This document shows, one piece after another, positions 7,801 to 12,107 of a stretch of DNA of 12,107 nt. A program made the position numbers and the translations under genes. Origin of the DNA: Candidatus Hadarchaeota archaeon (GTDB lineage Archaea > CAYQAE01 > CAYVLA01). The stretch is taken from contig CAYVLA010000097.1 of the NCBI GenBank assembly GCA_964452145.1, forward strand, positions 1-12,107, in the 5' to 3' direction. Within the stretch, counting starts at the first letter, position 1. The number at the start of each line of letters is the position of its first letter. Below the pieces are notes generated by a model. That model was not told the origin of the DNA, did no database searches, and worked only from the letters and a program-made list of their open reading frames with translations.

Positions 7801-8506
7801 CAACGACACACAATCATCCCATAACGGCGTGGGACAGACAGCATACACAACCAAAAGCATAGTCGATGAACAGCACGGCTTGAGGACATTCAGCTCCAAC
7901 ACGGTGTCCGTGATATTCGACCGGGTAGAGGCGGTTCTTTCTAGCCCCAGAGACAGGGTGGAAGTGGGTTCAAACGCAACGATCCGAGTAACGGCAAGAT
8001 ACGGCTACGATGGCGAGCCCTTCGAAGGCTTGATACTCATCAACCAGCCCACGTTGTCGGATTCACCCGGGCACCGTGCGTATAGCGTTGACGCAATCAT
8101 TGACAGCCTTTACGGATTGACAGCTTTTGAAGCGAACCAGTTGGAGATAGTCTTCGATCGCATCGATGCCGAACAAAGAGTGCTCACAGCATGCCCGGGG
8201 AAGATGCGCGTGAGAACCGCTTTACGCTACGCAACCGACAACTCACCGGTTGAGGATGCTGTCGTCACGATAAACGGAATGGAAGCTGGGAGGCTGGGAG
8301 GCGGTGCCTTTGAAGTCAGCGCACCCAACTGGGCCCCGACCATTGTCGCCAAGACTACCGTGGCAAAAGGCGGATTCACAGCAATCTACATCGTAGAGAA
8401 GACCATAGCTGTGGGGAATCTAGCGATGATTGTCGGGCTCACAGTGTTCGCAGTGGTGACGTCCGCCGTTCTGATCAAAAGGCTTCCGTCTGGTCGACGG
8501 CCATGA
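4808..8506 (+). CDS. Cell-surface glycoprotein: signal peptide, NosD/CASH right-handed beta-helix, tandem ~79-aa beta repeats, C-terminal membrane anchor (1232 aa)
   Basis: Signal peptide LVGVFLLTLVLSFSMPSAEA; IVVPDDFATIQLAID...TILVRPGVYLENLTI; parallel beta-helix repeats; HDIDASNTVDGKPIRYL; GNYWSDYTGQDLDHDGIGDVPY cap with DxDxDG; terminal TM LAMIVGLTVFAVVTSAVLI followed by KR..RR. Confidence 0.9.
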   Translation: MKGISVDICRLVGVFLLTLVLSFSMPSAEAGTIVVPDDFATIQLAIDSSSPRDTILVRPGVYLENLTISRPIRLIGSGPDITVIRSSTDWGPIRILSDDVEVRGLRIRATGTASYAIFMFGARDCRIEANKIEGRPLWIQASRNISIYDNVVTSGGWGVRLAGSSHCTLRNNTIASSQMGVSVTGYPLENFVHDIDASNTVDGKPIRYLLNKKDLKIDADTFDGIGYLGIVNSTRVSAQSIAMRNLGEGLLLAHSRECTISDVLLVNNNEGLAIHYSTDCLVTGSEIRTNGNGIRLQYSERIRLERNNIVDNRGHGIVCHESSHNTVSENNFVRNKANALSTPGNTWDGNYWSDYTGQDLDHDGIGDVPYLIGPSAVDNHPLMMEDGWRGVVIDISLVSSTRCDINSSQTISFHAAWILNRSSAEGITALIDGTPYLTNSTGWICFSHRSSELGKLTWRVTEVLVDSPVPFRQTVPDPSIVWDLVEITIMPTAERVDVGSEGAKVSATYVYDGARFEGRVVLNDTATKPDVGRYGYRVEGIADSRHGLKGFTANDTSVVFDRIAINLSTHATRIDVGDMADINWVGSYEYDNALFNGSIVLNNPLTSDRVGLVRYQASSIDDPTHGISVARSNEVQIIFDRVRVDVRLNDDRINVGDQVECVIAATHEYDGSPYRGSVYLNDTQKTLSQPGRLAYTTMWISDPIHNLTAFTSNTAICIWDRVRIALSLEKPRIDAGAPAKVSGDATYEYDQTHFVGYFHLNDTLTKRDVGRHACTVSNITDILHGLSIFSANIVEVIFDTVVVDLSILDERVDVGTSPIVLWSARYAYDHAKLKGTIVLNDTMSPCYSPSKRWYATESITDLAYGLKSFQSNAVSCIFDRVNIRLDAPERVGIGTRVKIKPTARYEYDDQPFHGQVILNDTATCLQNPCKRAYTTAEIWDPLYGLTGFSSNTLTVIFDLVQVALMVEDRRIDVHATASIKASAVYAYDGAPFTGSIVLNDTQSSHNGVGQTAYTTKSIVDEQHGLRTFSSNTVSVIFDRVEAVLSSPRDRVEVGSNATIRVTARYGYDGEPFEGLILINQPTLSDSPGHRAYSVDAIIDSLYGLTAFEANQLEIVFDRIDAEQRVLTACPGKMRVRTALRYATDNSPVEDAVVTINGMEAGRLGGGAFEVSAPNWAPTIVAKTTVAKGGFTAIYIVEKTIAVGNLAMIVGLTVFAVVTSAVLIKRLPSGRRP
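6257..8158 (+). repeat. Eight tandem protein-level repeats of 78-80 aa
   Basis: Consensus R-V-x8-R-I-D-V-G-x9/10-Y-x-Y-D-x3-F-x-G-x3-L-N-D-T-x~11-Y-x5-I-x-D-x2-[HY]-G-L-x2-F-x2-N-x4-I-F-D. Span is 634 aa for 8 units. Confidence 0.92.
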
Positions 8507-8710
8507 TGCTGGGCCCTGAAGGTAGCAGGCCTGAGACCAGGCGATGTGGACGTCAGGTTTCCTGAGCTCGGCACCGAGGGGAACCCATCCCCAACTTGGC
8601 GAGCATCAGACATCACTGGACACATCGAAATCTTCGCCTCTGATCCCGATCCCCTCTCTTTCAGAAGGAGACTTCTGTTCTCGGCTCTAGTCTCTGCTCT
8701 CGGCGGTACA

Positions 8711-8717
8711 GTTAAAT
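8711..8717 (+). promoter_or_regulatory. Possible TATA box for the propeller gene
   Basis: GTTAAAT overlaps the ORF-track ATG (8716) and lies about 35 nt before the in-frame TTG 8749. Confidence 0.45.
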
Positions 8718-8748
8718 GCTGGAAAAGAGGACCGTACCTAGGGTTCAT

Positions 8749-10479
8749 TTGAAGCTGCACCCGTCTTTACTGCTCTTTGTCCTCTTGTTGTGCTTCTCCG
8801 CCGTGAGGGCGCAGCCACAACTCGTGTGGACGCTCTCGTACCGCTGGCACGAGAGCCTTTGGCCGACCAGTATTGTGAGTTCCGATGACGGAGGCTTCTT
8901 CATCGTCGGTTGTGGGGATCATGATGGCTACCTCTCAAGGATCGACAGACTCGGCAACTATATGTGGGCCGAGACCTATGGCGGCGACCAAGGTGAGATT
9001 TTCTGGTCCATCGTCCATGCGCCTGACGGAAACTTGATGCTGGTTGGGAACACCTGGTCTTTCGGGGCGGGGCGAAGCGATGCCTACGTTGTGAGGGTCA
9101 ACACAAAAGGCGAGATGATCTGGCAACGAGCCTATGGCGGCACCGCTGATGACTATGGGTATGTGGCAGTCGACAGCGATGATGGAGGTTTCGTGCTTGC
9201 GGGCACGACTGAAGGCCCTCATGGGCGAACCGACATCCACCTGCTGAAGATAGACGGAAACGGGGAAAAGCTCTGGGAGAGGATCTACGGGGGCGATGGT
9301 TGGGACTTTGCTTACGGCATGGCCCAGACTCACGACGGGGGATTCATCATCGTAGGCAATACGACATCTTGGTACGGAGGACAATCGGCGGACGTCTACG
9401 TTCTCAGAGTTGACAGGAACGGCGAGAGGATCTGGGAGAAGGCCTACGGCGGACCGGATGCCGATACGGGACTGGAAGTGGTCCAGGCAGGTGATGGTGG
9501 ATACATCGTGGCGGGTTACACCTACTCGCTCGGCCTGCGCGCCTACCTCCTCAAGATTAATGAGGGGGGCGACAAAATCTGGGAGACGACCTATCGGGGC
9601 AGCTCGGCACACTCCATAGTCCGCAGCTGGGATGGGGGATACGTCGTGGCTGGCGGGATAGCGGGAGCAGGCAGTCGGGGCATGTATGTCCTGAGAATCG
9701 ACGAGCAGGGAGCGCAACTCTGGGACGAGACCTACGAAGGCGGATGTGCCGTGTCCCTCTGCCAGAGCTCAGACGGTGGCTTTGCCATTCTCGGGTATTC
9801 ATTCCCTCGGGAGGTGCACATCGTGAAGATCTTTGATCCGATCCAATCCATCTCTTACCTTAGACAACGGGTCTCGAACATGCTCAAAGAGATAGACGAG
9901 ACCATCTCCACCGCGTTTGAAGAGATGAACCAAACCATTTCTACACGACTCGAAGAAGTGAACGGAAGCCTCACAGCCCAAACAGCCCACATCTCCAACA
10001 CGCTCAAAGCGATCAACCAAAGCCTCACAGCCCAAACATTGGAGCTGGACAAGGATCGCGAACGGGTACTCGCCCACCTCGGCTCGATTGAGGCGCTGAC
10101 GGCGAAGGCGGGGAATCTCACAGCGACGATTCTTCACCAAGTCTCCCAAGAGATCGTCTTCTTAGAATCCTTCGTTGAGCGGGAGATCCCCGCACTCGAA
10201 GCCGTCCTAAGCGATCAGACGCAGAAGCAAACGGCCCAATTGTTGGTGAGCATTCTCGCACTCGAGCAGGCGGTCGAGCAGCAACTCCGATTGCTGAATG
10301 CGACCTCTCAAGCCCAGCATGAGGCAGTCACCGACCTTATCGACCACCTCCGAGCAGAAGAGGATGGCAAGTACAGGCGGTTGAGGAATCTCGCCTACCT
10401 CTCAATCCTACTGTGGGCAGGTGCTGCGGGCGCTGGGCTATTCTTCTTGGCTCGCCGTCGGCCAGCACGAGGGGTGTGA
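8749..10479 (+). CDS. Membrane-anchored surface protein: signal peptide, 7-bladed beta-propeller, coiled-coil stalk, C-terminal TM
   Basis: TTG 8749 gives a clean signal peptide MKLHPSLLLFVLLLCFSAVRA (the ORF is open from ATG 8716). Seven W-x3-YGG...DGG[FY]-hydrophobic-G...[KR]ID-x2-G repeats at 8827-9837; amphipathic helical region 9841-10380; TM LAYLSILLWAGAAGAGLFFLA then RRRP. Confidence 0.88.
   Translation: MKLHPSLLLFVLLLCFSAVRAQPQLVWTLSYRWHESLWPTSIVSSDDGGFFIVGCGDHDGYLSRIDRLGNYMWAETYGGDQGEIFWSIVHAPDGNLMLVGNTWSFGAGRSDAYVVRVNTKGEMIWQRAYGGTADDYGYVAVDSDDGGFVLAGTTEGPHGRTDIHLLKIDGNGEKLWERIYGGDGWDFAYGMAQTHDGGFIIVGNTTSWYGGQSADVYVLRVDRNGERIWEKAYGGPDADTGLEVVQAGDGGYIVAGYTYSLGLRAYLLKINEGGDKIWETTYRGSSAHSIVRSWDGGYVVAGGIAGAGSRGMYVLRIDEQGAQLWDETYEGGCAVSLCQSSDGGFAILGYSFPREVHIVKIFDPIQSISYLRQRVSNMLKEIDETISTAFEEMNQTISTRLEEVNGSLTAQTAHISNTLKAINQSLTAQTLELDKDRERVLAHLGSIEALTAKAGNLTATILHQVSQEIVFLESFVEREIPALEAVLSDQTQKQTAQLLVSILALEQAVEQQLRLLNATSQAQHEAVTDLIDHLRAEEDGKYRRLRNLAYLSILLWAGAAGAGLFFLARRRPARGV
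9966..10038 (+). repeat. 19-nt exact direct repeat inside the coiled-coil coding region
   Basis: AAGCCTCACAGCCCAAACA at 9966-9984 and 10020-10038 (54 nt, 18 codons apart; SLTAQT twice). Confidence 0.9.
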
Positions 10480-10488
10480 AGTCGCCCG

Positions 10489-10499
10489 AAAATTTTTTT
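10489..10499 (+). terminator. Archaeal oligo-T terminator, possibly bidirectional
   Basis: AAAA-TTTTTTT; the T7 run at 10493-10499 starts 14 nt after the stop codon. Confidence 0.7.
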
Positions 10500-10721
10500 C
10501 CAGGTCCGATCACCAAACCTACAACAATCGGCACGAAGGTAGGTGGTTGGACCACACTGCCTCCAGGGTCAGTGAGAAGGCGGCGGCAGTTGCCGATGGT
10601 CCACAGCCCGTGGGCCAGCGGTTCGGATCCACCTCGCGCCTTCTTGATCGAGGTTCAAGATTGCTCACACACCCGGGGAGACGACAGCCAGAATGGCATC
10701 ATGTTCAGACCTGTAGCCCGT

Positions 10722-10865
10722 CTAGGCGCACCCACCTACCGATACTCCGCATAGACAGATCCTGGCCTTCCGCACCAACCTCTCATTCCACTTCGTGCTC
10801 TCAACACAAAGCTCTCTAAGAACCTCCACAGGGCTCAGGTCCCGATTCCACTCCTCATCAATCAT
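10722..10865 (-). CDS. Small 47-aa ORF or truncated gene remnant
   Basis: MIDEEWNRDLSPVEVLRELCVESTKWNERLVRKARICLCGVSVGGCA*, with GGTGGGG upstream. Below the ORF-track length cutoff; no family recognised. Confidence 0.3.
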   Translation of the reverse strand: MIDEEWNRDLSPVEVLRELCVESTKWNERLVRKARICLCGVSVGGCA

Positions 10866-11017
10866 CCAGATCCCCACCGATCGCAAGCTGTGAGGACTTG
10901 ACTTATGTTCCTATTTTCCGGCCTACTTGGGCATTAGGTTGACGCTCTCTCCGAGGCCAGATTAGCCGCGTAAAAACGCCCTTTTCCGATCGGGATTCCA
11001 CCAAGACTGACAGGAAG

Positions 11018-11038
11018 ACAGGCAGGCACAGGCAGGCA
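11018..11038 (+). repeat. Tandem 10-nt direct repeat just upstream of a promoter
   Basis: ACAGGCAGGC twice (11018-11027, 11028-11037), preceded by a degenerate ACAGGAAG. Confidence 0.75.
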
Positions 11039-11042
11039 GACA

Positions 11043-11056
11043 CAAAGACCTATATG
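11043..11056 (+). promoter_or_regulatory. BRE/TATA promoter of the neprosin-like operon
   Basis: CAAAGACC-TATATG, TATA at 11051-11056, about 30 nt before ATG 11084. Confidence 0.6.
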
Positions 11057-11083
11057 TTCATAATGCCCAATTAGAGGGGTACC

Positions 11084-11721
11084 ATGTACAGAAGGGTGAT
11101 CGCTGCAAGCTTCGTCATCATGACCTTGGGTCTCATGAGGCTTGCGATGGCGAACTACTACGCTGGGTATTTTTACAAAGCGTACAAGTGGTCTGCTCCG
11201 TGGGTGGCTACTGCGATATCTATACGATCGATCCTTCAGTTCCGCAATGGACGTTCATGTGCCAGTTCTTTATGCTGATCTTGGACTATGATCCACCCAA
11301 CTGGATATCGATCGGATACGACCAAGAGGGGGGAGGGGACCCAAACTACTACTTCAAGGAAGCGTATTGGTCAAACGGGTCGTGGGGGCCGGGCCTCTAT
11401 GAGGATGGCCCGAGCACCGGGACTTGGCACAACTATATGATTGTGCATGCTCAAGAGGCGGACATGAAGAAATGGAAGCTTTACATCGACAGTGAGAGCC
11501 GGGGCTACTTCCTCGTCTACCCTTATGAACCAAAGGGTTGGCAAGCCTTCGTGGAGACAAACAGCACCTCAATCAACATTGGCGGAAGCCACTACGAACA
11601 TCTGCACTACTACACTGGTCGGGGTTGGTCAGACTGGGATGACCACCTAGAAGGTGAGGACTACCCATACGAGGTTCAGAAAGTAGATGACACAGAATTC
11701 ACGGCTTGCGGGGGTGGCTAG
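11084..11721 (+). pseudogene. Frameshifted secreted protein with neprosin/eqolisin (glutamic peptidase)-like features; 212 aa when repaired
   Basis: One frame gives the signal peptide and NYYAGYFYKAYKWSAPW; another continues GGYCDIYTIDPSVP...NWISIGY...TWHNYMI...WKLYID...WQAFVET...FTACGGG. One extra G at 11202-11204 joins them. The fold assignment is by-eye motif recognition. Confidence 0.7.
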
Positions 11722-11723
11722 AT

Positions 11724-12107
11724 ATGCACGGCAAGCTGGTCCCTGCGGTTGTTTGTTTGGTGGCAACAGTGGCGGTGTGTTCGGTGCTGGTGCTTAGTGA
11801 CGAGATCGCGCCGGGATCACCCGCACCAAGGATAAGCAGAGTCCTTGAGGCCCCTCATCTGCCGGCGCCTTTCCCGATGGAATATGCTGAGAGACTTTCA
11901 GTAGATCAGCTAGCAGGGAAGGCCAAAGCGGTAGGAGAACTCGTTTTGCCGACATGGATGCCCGGTGGCATTCAGTTGAGGGAGATATACTTCAAAGGTG
12001 TGGCCATTCTCGTCTACAGCGACCAGGAAACGAAGGACTACCGGGAAGACAGCGTCACAGTAACCATATCGAAAGCAGCGTTCCGAATCAACCAAGAGGG
12101 AGGACAG
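11724..12107 (+). CDS. Membrane-anchored or secreted hypothetical protein, DUF4367-like motif, truncated by the window end
   Basis: ATG 11724 follows the upstream TAG after a 2-nt gap, with a GGGGTGG Shine-Dalgarno. Open for 128 codons: MHGKLVPAVVCLVATVAVCSVLVL (TM/signal), Pro-rich linker, LVLPTWMPGGIQLREIY...AILVYS. Absent from the ORF track because it has no stop. Confidence 0.8.
   Translation, partial: MHGKLVPAVVCLVATVAVCSVLVLSDEIAPGSPAPRISRVLEAPHLPAPFPMEYAERLSVDQLAGKAKAVGELVLPTWMPGGIQLREIYFKGVAILVYSDQETKDYREDSVTVTISKAAFRINQEGGQ

Noticed and set aside
10829..10862. TCCACTCCTC matches the tRNA-iMet 3' end (possible att site); the minus strand reads TGATGA...CTGA like a C/D guide
   Set aside because: A 10-nt match is expected by chance in 12 kb, there is no integrase in the window, pairing does not reach the D-box +5 position, and no second box pair is evident.
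1..12107. CRISPR array, transposase/integrase, or diversity-generating retroelement
   Set aside because: No regularly spaced DNA repeats, no recombinase or reverse transcriptase ORF, and no long near-identical repeat pair with adenine-specific mismatches were seen.

Overview
Archaeal chromosomal window. Evidence: an archaeal-type initiator tRNA-Met, BRE/TATA promoters, T-tract terminators, and a NosD/CASH surface protein of a style common in Bathyarchaeia-like genomes (lineage is inference only). Gene order: zinc-ribbon/Hsp20 fusion; tRNA-iMet; a decaying MNT-HEPN toxin-antitoxin pair; an M24-fold enzyme with a rewired active site, convergent with a nitrilase-family hydrolase; a 540-bp divergent intergenic region; a 1232-aa beta-helix surface protein with eight ~79-aa repeats; a beta-propeller/coiled-coil surface protein; a frameshifted secreted neprosin/eqolisin-like protein; and a truncated membrane-anchored partner absent from the ORF track. 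Best novelty candidates: a structured, apparently bistable RNA (4650-4807) starting at the predicted TSS of the large surface-protein gene, the M24 enzyme lacking both metal-binding Asp residues, and the neprosin-like two-gene module. All alignments and RNA pairings were done by eye.
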